DNA of 63,803 nucleotides, filler included, from an uncultured Methanosarcinales archaeon (GTDB taxonomy: Archaea; Nanobdellota; Nanobdellia; Woesearchaeales; GW2011-AR9), in assembly GCA_964434885.1 (NCBI GenBank). It is 4 parts of 4 records of this genome, joined end to end, with 100 filler letters (N's around TTAATTAATTAA, not from the genome) between each part and the next. Parts side by side here need not be neighbours in the genome. Positions count along the whole stretch, not along the records: positions 17,487 to 34,098 come from CAYSWQ010000017.1; 3 more parts are not named here. One strand, 5' to 3'. Made by a program: the position numbers and the translations under genes. This document shows positions 20,539-29,794 of the stretch, one piece after another. Position 1 is the first letter of the stretch, and each line of letters begins with the position of its first letter. The notes under the pieces are model-generated. The model was not told where the DNA came from. It saw nothing but the letters and a program-made list of their open reading frames with translations, and did not search any database.

Positions 20539-22194
20539 ATGAAAAAAGCAAAACCTTTTCCAAAACTGAAACTTAAAAGAGTACCCCGGTCTAAATTAGC
20601 TATGGAAAAGAAACCATTAATCATCGCCTTAATTTCATTAGGGGCAATAGCAGCATTAATTTTATTATTAATCTTTGGTCAAGGTATGTTTGTTGGTAAA
20701 GCATATTATTCTACAGGAAAAGAAATAAACATTGGTGTAGATAAACCAACTGGAAAAATTTATGCCAATAAAGAATTTGATATCACTATTAAAGCAAATA
20801 TTCTAGATAAAAATACCACTGCTTTACAATTTCAATTAAATTTAGGTTCTTTAAGTTGTAAAAAAGTTACTAGTTTATTGGGTTGGGAAAATAAAACTAG
20901 TGTATTACATGAAGCAAGATGTAGTACTGATTCTAAAAAACAACATGCTCATTTCAAATATGCTACATTGAATGGTTCTGCTTTTAAAACTGGTCAGTTC
21001 GAAATTGCTAAAATTACTATTGCGCCAGCTACAGCCAAAACACATAAAATTATCGGTTTTACCAAAAAAGGAGATTATGCATTACAAATTGTCGATGCCG
21101 ACACTTCTAAAAATCTTACTATAATTGCTAAACAAGATGCAATAATTACTGTTGAACCTGGTTGTACTTCTGGTCAAACTTCGTGCAGCGGTACTTGTAC
21201 AAACTTAAAAACAGATTCAAATAATTGTGGATCTTGCGGAAAAAAATGTTCAACTGGTCAATCTTGTGTTAGTGGATCTTGTAAAACTTCAACAAAATGC
21301 ACAGATGCCGACAAAGATAATTATTGTAAAGAAACCACTAATTTACCTACTGGTAAAAAGGGAGGAGATTGCAATGATACTAACTCTTCATTTTGGAAAA
21401 AAACAACTGCCTACAAAGATAATGATGACGATGGTTATGGTGCAGGTACAGCAGTAACTGTTTGTCAAGGTTCAAAATTACCAAAAGGTTATTCTTTAGT
21501 TAAAACTGATTGTAATGATACTTTTAAAACAGTAACTACTTGTCTTTCTACTCAAACCTGTACAGCAGGAATTTGTAAAAACAAAACCACCTACCAATGT
21601 ATCGGCACAACTCCAGGAAATGCAACTATTTGTTCAGGAACAAGCACTGGTTTAATTAAAAACACTAGTAAAAAATTAGTTGCTAAGTGTAGTACTACTA
21701 AGTGTACTTATCAATGTAAAACAGGATATACTTTTAACATTAGCAAATGTAGTCCAACTAAATCCCTAGGATTATCTGGAAGCACTTGTAAAACCAATGC
21801 TAATTGTAAATCACCTTTAGTTTGTACCAGTGGCAAATGTGCAACTAAATTAACTCCAGCTATCAAACTAACTATTGGTGGCTCATCTACACTCACATCT
21901 TTGTCCAAAACCAAAACCAACACAATTACTGCTACTTTAACTGCTGATAAAAACTTACCTAGTCATTTGTTTCTGGTTAAAATTCTAGATAGCAAAGGTT
22001 CCGATGCTGCTGTTCATTACCAACCAAAAAAGGCTTTAACTAAAGGCAGTTCTGAAACAATTAGCTTCAATTTTAAACCAGATTCTACTGGAAACCACAC
22101 TATTAAAGCTTATGCTTGGACTAAATGGGTAAGTCAGAAAGGACAATCACTTGGAAATAATTATAAGGCAACTGGCAACTATGAAATCAAATAA
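20539..22194 (+). CDS. Membrane-anchored Cys/Thr-rich surface protein with Stig1-like and DxDxDGYG/DCND motifs
   Basis: Leader paralogous to the previous gene; CSGTCTNLKTDSNNCGSCGKKC; YKDNDDDGYG...DCND; C-terminal Ig-like domain. Confidence 0.75.
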   Translation: MKKAKPFPKLKLKRVPRSKLAMEKKPLIIALISLGAIAALILLLIFGQGMFVGKAYYSTGKEINIGVDKPTGKIYANKEFDITIKANILDKNTTALQFQLNLGSLSCKKVTSLLGWENKTSVLHEARCSTDSKKQHAHFKYATLNGSAFKTGQFEIAKITIAPATAKTHKIIGFTKKGDYALQIVDADTSKNLTIIAKQDAIITVEPGCTSGQTSCSGTCTNLKTDSNNCGSCGKKCSTGQSCVSGSCKTSTKCTDADKDNYCKETTNLPTGKKGGDCNDTNSSFWKKTTAYKDNDDDGYGAGTAVTVCQGSKLPKGYSLVKTDCNDTFKTVTTCLSTQTCTAGICKNKTTYQCIGTTPGNATICSGTSTGLIKNTSKKLVAKCSTTKCTYQCKTGYTFNISKCSPTKSLGLSGSTCKTNANCKSPLVCTSGKCATKLTPAIKLTIGGSSTLTSLSKTKTNTITATLTADKNLPSHLFLVKILDSKGSDAAVHYQPKKALTKGSSETISFNFKPDSTGNHTIKAYAWTKWVSQKGQSLGNNYKATGNYEIK

Positions 22195-23224
22195 ACTTTT
22201 TATCTTACTTTTATTTGCAATTCCTTTAGCTATTGCCTTACCAACAGTTAGTTTTAGTTCTTATTATTCTCCCAATAGTCAAATGACTGTTACTGGTACT
22301 TGCAATGCTGCCAATATCCCAGTTATACTCCAAATTAATTTTGGTGGAACTAATATTTGGTTTGATCAAGTTTCAACCGACTCCAATAAAAAATACACTT
22401 TCAAATATACTCCTACAACAGCTGGAACTTATACTCTTTATGTTGGATGTGGTGGAGAAAATACAAATAAAAATTTTTGTGTGGGAACTGCTTCTTCTTG
22501 TAAGGCTCAAACTAAATCTTCATCTGGGGGAGGAGGATATGGTCAGAAATGTACTTCTAACTGGACTTGTTCTAATTGGGGATATTGTAATTCTTCATTA
22601 CAACAAGGCCGAACTTGCACAGATCAAAATCTTTGCCAAAAATCAACTTCAGAAACTAGATCTTGTACTTCTTGCTTAGAATCTTGGGTTTGCTCTCAAT
22701 GGTCTTCTTGCTCATTGGGCTCTCAAAGTAGAACTTGCTATGATGAACACAAATGCCTCACCACCTATCAAAAACCAACTTTATCAAAAGTTTGTCAAGC
22801 TCCAGCAACAGGATACAAACCAGCTAAAATTGATTACAAACTTCCAACTCCTGTAACTACCACCACTAAAACTATTACTCCAGTAAAGAAAACTCCTAAA
22901 TCTTTATGGAAATCTTTATGGGATAATTACAAATGGTGGATTATAATAAGTCTAATTACAATCCTACTCATCATAGTGATCTTAATTATTTATCTCCATT
23001 TCTCTAAAACAACAGTAGAAATAGAAAATATTGACGAACTTAAAACTTGGGTCAAAGCAGAATTAGCACGAGGAACACCAAAAGAAAACATCAAAGCTTT
23101 AATCACCCACCACACTGGTTGGACTGAAGAACAATTACATGAAGCTTTCGAGGAATTGAAACATGAAACTGGACCAAGTAACTCCTCTCCTCAACCAACT
23201 GGAAATCAACCCATTCAAAAATGA
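22151..23224 (+). CDS. Surface protein with TSP1-like WxCxxWxxC repeats and a C-terminal TM anchor
   Basis: Signal peptide (probable true start MKSNK near 22181); WTCSNWGYC..Q.RTC and WVCSQWSSC..QSRTC; Thr/Pro linker; TM; short cytoplasmic domain. Confidence 0.75.
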   Translation: MEIIIRQLATMKSNKLFILLLFAIPLAIALPTVSFSSYYSPNSQMTVTGTCNAANIPVILQINFGGTNIWFDQVSTDSNKKYTFKYTPTTAGTYTLYVGCGGENTNKNFCVGTASSCKAQTKSSSGGGGYGQKCTSNWTCSNWGYCNSSLQQGRTCTDQNLCQKSTSETRSCTSCLESWVCSQWSSCSLGSQSRTCYDEHKCLTTYQKPTLSKVCQAPATGYKPAKIDYKLPTPVTTTTKTITPVKKTPKSLWKSLWDNYKWWIIISLITILLIIVILIIYLHFSKTTVEIENIDELKTWVKAELARGTPKENIKALITHHTGWTEEQLHEAFEELKHETGPSNSSPQPTGNQPIQK

Positions 23225-23922
23225 TTCAAAAAATAAAAAAAATTCTAGCTATTATAAAACAAAAATCCCCAATGTATATGGAGTTAAAAGAAAAAGTTAT
23301 TGAAGCAGAAAATGCAAAAGGGGCCGATCTAATAAAGTTATGTGGGAGAATTTCTCGAGAAATTATTGAAACCAGTGACCTAAAGAAAATTCTGGAAAAA
23401 GAAGCAATCAATCTAACTTTATTAAAAGACGACTTAGCAAAAATTACTTTCCGTCCAATACTTAATGAACTAGCTGCTGAAGCCAAACAGGCAGAAAATT
23501 CTCCTTTTGAATTAATTGTAGTAATCAAAAAATCATTAAAACAATTTGAGATGTTTAAGCTTACTGAAACCGAGACTTCATTTTATCTTAAAGCATTAAA
23601 TGATAAAATTGAAGAATTTATTCCAGAATTAGAAAAATCAGCTACTTATTTTCAACAAACCAATCAAAAAAAACCTGAAGCATTAGCTCATTTTGCTAAT
23701 CTTTCTAAAAAAATATTACAAATCAACCATAATTTTGGAGATATTTGTCATCACGCAGAATATTTGGAAAAGTGGGTCAATCATCTAAGAAGAATTGCTA
23801 TTGGTAGCTGGAATCAGTTACTTAAATTATTTAAACAATCTTTAAGAAGTTTAGCAAAACAACAAAAACAAAAAATAAGATTCTCCAGAGATTCAGGTTT
23901 AGATCATTTGGAAGTTGATTAA
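23221..23922 (+). CDS. Hypothetical helical protein
   Basis: ATGA overlap with the upstream gene; 233 aa. Confidence 0.6.
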   Translation: MIQKIKKILAIIKQKSPMYMELKEKVIEAENAKGADLIKLCGRISREIIETSDLKKILEKEAINLTLLKDDLAKITFRPILNELAAEAKQAENSPFELIVVIKKSLKQFEMFKLTETETSFYLKALNDKIEEFIPELEKSATYFQQTNQKKPEALAHFANLSKKILQINHNFGDICHHAEYLEKWVNHLRRIAIGSWNQLLKLFKQSLRSLAKQQKQKIRFSRDSGLDHLEVD

Positions 23923-24380
23923 TTAATATCAAGGGGAATTAACATAGAATCAACTGCACCCATTATGTCTTCTACATTACCAACCAAGTACAAAACTCCT
24001 CCTTTATAATGTGGTTGATTTAATTCAGGGTTAAAAAGAGCATGGTTTTCATTAACTTCTTCTTTTAGAAAGTCCGGTAATCTTAATTTCCCTTTACTGC
24101 CTTTTTGCTTTAAATGAAACAAAACTCCATCCAAAACACCAGGGTAATGATTTTGCTCATAATTATTATATACTTCTACAATTGTTTTTCCCAATCCACA
24201 ACCAGGACAAACCAAACTATATTCTGTTTTATTATCCAAAGAAATCATTCCTAATTCAAGATCTGGTGAATTCATTCGAGTTGGAATATATTGGATTTCT
24301 GCTCCTGGAAAATACAAACCTCCTTCAAAAACAATTTCCCATCCAAAATCTTTGGCTTTTTCAACTAATAATTCATCCAT
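23919..24380 (-). CDS. Hypothetical protein
   Basis: 153 aa, CPGC motif, TTTATAAA box upstream. Confidence 0.6.
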   Translation of the reverse strand: MDELLVEKAKDFGWEIVFEGGLYFPGAEIQYIPTRMNSPDLELGMISLDNKTEYSLVCPGCGLGKTIVEVYNNYEQNHYPGVLDGVLFHLKQKGSKGKLRLPDFLKEEVNENHALFNPELNQPHYKGGVLYLVGNVEDIMGAVDSMLIPLDIN

Positions 24381-24427
24381 TTTAACTACTCAGAAATAAC
24401 TATTTATAAAACTTCTTAACTCAAGTT

Positions 24428-24775
24428 CTATTTCTTCACCACTTTATTCCCAATTATCTCTTTTTTCCCTTGATAATCTTCAACCGTTCCAGTTATTTCC
24501 ACATAATCTCCTTTCCGTAAACTAATATTATTGTCTTTAAACAATACCACTGGTATTTTCTCAATTTTTTCTCTCCAAAGTTCTAAAAAAGCAACTTCGT
24601 CTTTTTCCACAACTCTCCCTAATTTACCAATCACTTTAATTTCTTGGTTCTCTGGAATTTCCTCAATACCTTTAACTGCATCAAAATCAATTCCTGAACT
24701 CAAATAATACAATAACAAAATCCCTCCTAAACTAACAAATAATGCTAATTTCAAGATGGTTTTCTCTTCCATCAA
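24428..24775 (-). CDS. Membrane-anchored OB-fold protein
   Basis: N-terminal TM; IKVIG...LRKGDYVEITGTVEDYQGKKEII OB-fold pattern. Confidence 0.75.
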   Translation of the reverse strand: MMEEKTILKLALFVSLGGILLLYYLSSGIDFDAVKGIEEIPENQEIKVIGKLGRVVEKDEVAFLELWREKIEKIPVVLFKDNNISLRKGDYVEITGTVEDYQGKKEIIGNKVVKK

Positions 24776-24806
24776 AATTAAGATTGAGTTAAATTTATAA
24801 TTATTA

Positions 24807-25151
24807 TTGCCTTACAACAATCAAATGAAACCAACTCCTTGCAAAAATTGCCAATGTGAATATTTCTGCTGTACTTACAAAGTTAAATTGTCTTGGTGGG
24901 ATATCATAAAAATTAAATTAACTGGCCACAATAATTTCTGGGAAAGAGATGATAATTACAAAATAATCAAACAAGTAAACAACTATTGCTACTTTCTAAA
25001 CAAAAATAAGAAATGCAAGATCCACAAAATAAGACCAAAACCTTGCAGAACTTTCCCTTTTCTCTATCCAGAAATAAAAAATTGTCAAGATTTCTACAAA
25101 CCTTGGAAAAAACATCAAAAACTACTTCAGTCATCTAAAAAATACCAGTAA
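24807..25151 (+). CDS. YkgJ/CxxCxxCC family protein
   Basis: CKNCQ..FCC...CYFL....CKIH..RPKPCRTFPF. Confidence 0.8.
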   Translation: MPYNNQMKPTPCKNCQCEYFCCTYKVKLSWWDIIKIKLTGHNNFWERDDNYKIIKQVNNYCYFLNKNKKCKIHKIRPKPCRTFPFLYPEIKNCQDFYKPWKKHQKLLQSSKKYQ

Positions 25152-25234
25152 TTTTAAGTATTAACAAAATTGCAGCTACAATAACAAAAACCAATGCAAT
25201 ATACCCAACAATATTTTCATATTATTCATCTCTT

Positions 25235-25405
25235 TTAAAACAAAAATAAACTAACAATAATCAAAATCCCGCCTAAGGCAATACAACCATATGCAATTTG
25301 TTCACCCAAAGTCATAGTTTTAAATTTGGATGGGAAATTCTTGATAGCTGGACCCAAATGATTAAAAAAATCATTTATTTTACGATTAATCTGATTCATA
25401 TCCAT
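25235..25405 (-). CDS. Small membrane protein (56 aa) directly downstream of rps6e
   Basis: Below the ORF-track cutoff; MDMNQINRKINDFFNHLGPAIKNFPSKFKTMTLGEQIAYGCIALGGILIIVSLFLF; starts 2 nt after the rps6e stop with a GAGGGTGA SD. Confidence 0.65.
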   Translation of the reverse strand: MDMNQINRKINDFFNHLGPAIKNFPSKFKTMTLGEQIAYGCIALGGILIIVSLFLF

Positions 25406-25407
25406 CT

Positions 25408-25857
25408 TTACTCACCCTCTTTTTTCTCTTCTGGAGCTTCTTTAGCAGCTTCCTCTCCTAATTTTTCAGTACCTTCTTTTAAAATCTTCAAATTAATTTG
25501 AACAATTTTGCTAGTAATTCTCTCCCCACAAACAGTTCTTTTCTTTTTTAATCCCTTTTGATTTTTCTTATTTCTGTTTTTTCCAGAATAACCAACAGTA
25601 TCTCCTTCTAATGTAATTTTCTGTCTACTTTGTAAAATACCTTTTCTCATTGGAAATCCACATTTGTCAGAACCACCAGTAATTTCAAATTCATAACCTT
25701 CCATTCCAACATCTTTACCAGTAATTTTATCTTTAAGATTTTTCTTCAAGAAAATATCTGCTTGAGCATCTTTCACAACTTTCTGAAAACTCTTCCCATC
25801 TTTCCGGGACAACACTAACTTAAATTCTGCCATTTTATTTATCTCCCCGAGACTCAT
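25408..25857 (-). CDS. rps6e: 30S ribosomal protein S6e (eS6)
   Basis: MAEFKLV...GYEFEITGGSDKCGFPMRKG...KKRTVCG..I...IVQINLK; probable true start 25833. Confidence 0.95.
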   Translation of the reverse strand: MSLGEINKMAEFKLVLSRKDGKSFQKVVKDAQADIFLKKNLKDKITGKDVGMEGYEFEITGGSDKCGFPMRKGILQSRQKITLEGDTVGYSGKNRNKKNQKGLKKKRTVCGERITSKIVQINLKILKEGTEKLGEEAAKEAPEEKKEGE

Positions 25858-25940
25858 TTCCTGTTGGAATCCACCTAAATAAGGTTGTCTCAGCTATTAG
25901 TACATAAAATTCTAATTCATTTATAAATTTAATGGGGAAT

Positions 25941-26699
25941 TCAAAGATATCTAGCCATATCTTGCAACACTTCGTAAGCTGCTTGTCGCATATCTTCAGC
26001 TTTAGTTATTGCTCCACCCACAACTAAAATTGAATTATTACAATCTTGGACTGCTCTGCCAGGGGTATAAACTCTCTTCTGTCCTTCTCGAACTATTCCT
26101 GAAATCGGTGCTTTTATTCCCGGAGTAACATAAAGAAAATCTTCAGGAAGGCTATTTTTTATTCCAGCAACATCTTTAGCTGCACAAACAATTCCATCTA
26201 ACCCCCATTCAGCTGCTTTTTCTGCTCTTCTGAGTACCAAATCACTTACGGGGCCAACTAAACCCACTGCTTCACAATCATCATCATCCAAACTAGTCAA
26301 AACTGTTACCCCAATTACTTTAGGTTTTTCAATCCCAGAATACCTAGCTCCATCAACTGCCCCCTCCATTGCCTTTTTACACATCATCTCTCCGCCAGCT
26401 ATATGAACATTAAAAATGGAAACGCCTGGTGCTGCCGCAGCTTTTGCTGCCCCATAAACTGTATTGGGAGTATCATGAAACTTCAAGTCTAGAAAAGAAC
26501 CAATCTCATAAGTACGAGCCAAACCAATAATATCTTGACCTTCATTCCCTACATTTGTGTGCAATTCCTTACCTATCTTTGTCATCCCTATTAAGCCATA
26601 CAATTCATCCATTAAATCCATTGCTTCTTTTGCATTAGGGACATCAATTGCCAAACAAACCCTCTTTCTTGCTTCCTTTTCTGTAGAAGTTAGATTCAT
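25941..26699 (-). CDS. pyrF: Orotidine-5'-phosphate decarboxylase
   Basis: CLAID, FLDLKFHDTPNTV (DxKxxD), VTVLTS, VTPGI, QKRVYTP. Confidence 0.93.
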   Translation of the reverse strand: MNLTSTEKEARKRVCLAIDVPNAKEAMDLMDELYGLIGMTKIGKELHTNVGNEGQDIIGLARTYEIGSFLDLKFHDTPNTVYGAAKAAAAPGVSIFNVHIAGGEMMCKKAMEGAVDGARYSGIEKPKVIGVTVLTSLDDDDCEAVGLVGPVSDLVLRRAEKAAEWGLDGIVCAAKDVAGIKNSLPEDFLYVTPGIKAPISGIVREGQKRVYTPGRAVQDCNNSILVVGGAITKAEDMRQAAYEVLQDMARYL

Positions 26700-26702
26700 T
26701 TT

Positions 26703-27485
26703 TCACCTCAGTAGTCCCTTTTCAGCCATCATTCCCATTAATTCTTCTTTTAAATGAGGATAACCTTTTCTTAATATTTTTTCAGCATTTAACAAAGTTG
26801 ATCTATTGTTCAACATATCTGCCAATTTATCCAAACCAGCATCACTTTTTAACATATTTTCTGCCCAACTATCTTTATCTTCCATTCTTTCTTGCAAAGA
26901 AGTATAAACTTCTTTTCCTATAACTCCTAAATGTTTTAAATAATCCCAAGCATGACTATCCAAAGGAACAACTGCATGAGATTGTAAACCTAAATCATCC
27001 ATTACTTGAACACCATCTTCCATCCTATCTACATAAAAGAAAATGTGATCTATTTCTCCCCCTTCACTATTTATTGCTGGAACCCACAAATCTCTAGGAG
27101 AAGACCCTTGATTATTTAGATCTGCAACATGGATTCCTTTCTTCCCATTCATTTCTGCCCCAATAACTTTGCCAGTTTTGTATATTTTGGCATGAGGTTT
27201 TGCTAAAGCAACGGCAACAGGATTAGAAAAATCCCAATCCCTAGATTCACCACCAGCAACAAATTCAAAATCACCACTTACTTCTTGAACAAGTTTGACC
27301 ATTGAATCTATGGCTGTAGCATAATCTTCACCATTTTTCTCAACCGCCACACTTTGAATATAATAAGGACCTATTTGGCCAGAAGTATATGGGAAAAAAA
27401 CATCAGTAAACTGAAAACCCCTATTTCTACTAAGAATTTCTAAATTTCTGTTTTGATGAACAATAGCATTGTATTCTTCTTTCAT
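26703..27485 (-). CDS. pyrE: Divergent orotate phosphoribosyltransferase-like protein
   Basis: FPYTSGQIGPYYI, VAGGESRD, variant PRPP loop HVADLNNQGSS, VDR; 3 nt upstream of pyrF. Confidence 0.65.
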   Translation of the reverse strand: MKEEYNAIVHQNRNLEILSRNRGFQFTDVFFPYTSGQIGPYYIQSVAVEKNGEDYATAIDSMVKLVQEVSGDFEFVAGGESRDWDFSNPVAVALAKPHAKIYKTGKVIGAEMNGKKGIHVADLNNQGSSPRDLWVPAINSEGGEIDHIFFYVDRMEDGVQVMDDLGLQSHAVVPLDSHAWDYLKHLGVIGKEVYTSLQERMEDKDSWAENMLKSDAGLDKLADMLNNRSTLLNAEKILRKGYPHLKEELMGMMAEKGLLR

Positions 27486-27572
27486 TTAAATTCGCCCCCA
27501 TTGAAAACAATCAACAAACTTAGAAAAATTCTCAAACTTAAAAGTAAATCTATACTACAACCAATATATCAA

Positions 27573-27610
27573 ACCAAAACCTTCTTCTCGCCACCATACA
27601 CGCCCATTTT
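27573..27610 (-). repeat. Displaced copy of the 3' end of the wHTH gene (direct repeat of 29241-29278)
   Basis: 35/38 nt identical; both encode KMGVYGGEKKVLV followed by a stop. Confidence 0.85.
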
Positions 27611-27806
27611 TACGAGACAACCCTACTTAAATCCTGTCATTTTTATTCCTCCGGTTCCGAGACTAAATGGCTTGATATTCAATCTTTATGAAATATCTCA
27701 ATCATATTAATTTACAAATTTGTTCATTAATTATATTAAATAGAATATTTACTAATTTATAAAAAAAGATAAACTTTATAAAAAAGTCCTATTCCAAAGT
27801 AGTAAA

Positions 27807-29225
27807 ATGAAAAATTTACATAAATACATGGAAGATAGATTAAGTCATGGTCAAGGTTACCGATTATTACAGGGTTTCCCAGCCCCTAAATTAATGAATG
27901 TAGTTGGATGTAATGAGCCAGATTATTTGAAACCAGATAAAGATTTAATTGTGGGAGTTATTCCTCACCCTTATTGTGATCCTAAAGTCAAAGGTTGTGG
28001 TTTTTGCACATTTCCTCACCAACAATATGATTCTGAATTGGCCTCCCGGGTTGAATCCATGGTTGTGAATGAAATCCATATTAAGTCACAAAAACTAGGT
28101 ATTAAGGGGAAAAAAGTCCCAGCTATTTATTTTGGGGGAGGTACAGCCAACTTAACTAACCCAAATCATTTTCAAGAAATGGTTGAGACATTAGATGATA
28201 ATTTTGATATTCAAGACGCTGAACTTTCTTTGGAAGGTGTCCCTTCTTATTTTTTGAAGCAAAGAGGAGAAATTTTAAAACGATTATCCAGTGCTCCAGT
28301 AAATAAAAAAAGATTAAGCTTGGGAATTCAAACTTTTGATAAAGATTGGATTAAAGAAATGGGTCGAACTCATTTTGGAGATATTAGAACAGTACAAAAA
28401 GTCATTGACCAAGCTCGAAAATATGAAATGGGGGTTTCTGGAGATTTCTTAATAAATTTACCTGGACAAGATTTATCAGATATGGCACAAGATGTACAAA
28501 CAGCCATGGATCTAGATTTAGATCAAATTTGTATCTATAATTTGGTTTTGTATCCTGGAGTTGGGTCAGAATGGTCAAAAAATCCAGAGATGATGGCGAA
28601 GGTACCAGGAGTTGATCAAATTTTTGATAATTGGGAAAAGATCAGGGACATACTATTAGAAAATGGATATGTTCAATCAACATTAACTAATTTTGAAAAA
28701 AGACCTGAATTTGCTTACGAAAAACTTAGTTATTGGCCTCAAGGAGTAGATGGTATTGGTTTTGGACCTTCAGGAATTTCAATAGTCAGCGATCAGAAAT
28801 GGGGAGAAGGTTACAAAAGCATTAATCATGAATCTGCAAAAAGCTATTTGGCTTTGGGGAATTACAAAGAGTTTGTTGGTTTATATCACTCTTATAATTC
28901 AAAAGGAATCATGTTGTTGAATTTGAGTCGTAATTTGTCTAGAGGTTTTGCTGATTTGGCTGAGTTTAAAGATAATCCTTTAGAAGTATTTAGCAGCGAA
29001 TTCAAAGTATTGAGTGATTTTGAATTGGTTAAGTGGGATAATCAAAGCATTAGACTAACCAAAAAAGGAATGTTTAATTGCGATTCAGTAATTGCTTTGT
29101 TAGCAAAAAGTGAATATGATTCTCATAGAAAAAGAATAGAATCAATACGAAGACCACCTAAACAAGAAAATAATAACGAACCAGGTGGTTTTTTTGGTGA
29201 TGGTGATTTCAGTGGAGGAATGTAA
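27807..29225 (+). CDS. HemN/HemW-like radical SAM protein with an atypical CX6CX2C motif
   Basis: IPHPYCDPKVKGCGFCTF, IYFGGGTA, RLSLGIQTF, DFLINLPGQ, IGFGPSGIS, C-terminal IRLTKKG (HemN_C-like). Confidence 0.85.
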   Translation: MKNLHKYMEDRLSHGQGYRLLQGFPAPKLMNVVGCNEPDYLKPDKDLIVGVIPHPYCDPKVKGCGFCTFPHQQYDSELASRVESMVVNEIHIKSQKLGIKGKKVPAIYFGGGTANLTNPNHFQEMVETLDDNFDIQDAELSLEGVPSYFLKQRGEILKRLSSAPVNKKRLSLGIQTFDKDWIKEMGRTHFGDIRTVQKVIDQARKYEMGVSGDFLINLPGQDLSDMAQDVQTAMDLDLDQICIYNLVLYPGVGSEWSKNPEMMAKVPGVDQIFDNWEKIRDILLENGYVQSTLTNFEKRPEFAYEKLSYWPQGVDGIGFGPSGISIVSDQKWGEGYKSINHESAKSYLALGNYKEFVGLYHSYNSKGIMLLNLSRNLSRGFADLAEFKDNPLEVFSSEFKVLSDFELVKWDNQSIRLTKKGMFNCDSVIALLAKSEYDSHRKRIESIRRPPKQENNNEPGGFFGDGDFSGGM

Positions 29226-29236
29226 TCTTCTTTTTT

Positions 29237-29761
29237 TTACACCAAAACCTTCTTCTCACCACCATACACCCCCATCTTATCCAATTTTTCAAATTGTTCT
29301 TCATTCAAAACTACATTACTCAAATCTAACCCTTTTTCCTTAATTTGATTACAAAGTTCATCAACTTTCAATCCATCAATTCTAGAACCAATAATAATCA
29401 CATTTGCTTGATTATTAACAACTTTCCCTTGCAACAACACTTTCTTAATCCCTTCGATCTCACGAATTCGATCAACAAATACTTCCATCACATTTTCTTC
29501 CTTAAACCATTCATTCAAAAAACTACTTTTTTCATTTTGCACTAAGCTATAAAATTTCATCATCCGGATTGTTTTAACCCTAACCAATCCAGCTTGCGCC
29601 AATTCTGGAATTATACGAAATACTGAACTTACTGCCACTCCACTTTTTTTAGCAATTTCTCGCAAGTATAATTCTTCCTTTGCAAAGTAAAGAACTTTCA
29701 AGATCGCAAATTTTTTGTGATCTAGTAAACTGTGCAACACCCCTTTATCAATCATAATCAA
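29237..29761 (-). CDS. Winged-helix regulator with a degenerate nucleotidyltransferase-like C-terminal domain
   Basis: LYLREIAKKSGVAVSSVFRIIPEL...GLV wHTH; IEGIKKVLLQG...ANVIIIG MNT-like fold lacking the catalytic DxD. Confidence 0.75.
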   Translation of the reverse strand: MIMIDKGVLHSLLDHKKFAILKVLYFAKEELYLREIAKKSGVAVSSVFRIIPELAQAGLVRVKTIRMMKFYSLVQNEKSSFLNEWFKEENVMEVFVDRIREIEGIKKVLLQGKVVNNQANVIIIGSRIDGLKVDELCNQIKEKGLDLSNVVLNEEQFEKLDKMGVYGGEKKVLV

Positions 29762-29794
29762 AGTAAAATTAAGTTATTTATAAGGATTTCGTTA

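Noticed and set aside
27453..27710. 85-aa plus-strand ORF
   Set aside because: Overlaps the pyrE start and the duplicated gene-end scar; no coding features
29237..29761. MNT-HEPN toxin-antitoxin system
   Set aside because: The nucleotidyltransferase catalytic residues are missing and there is no adjacent HEPN gene
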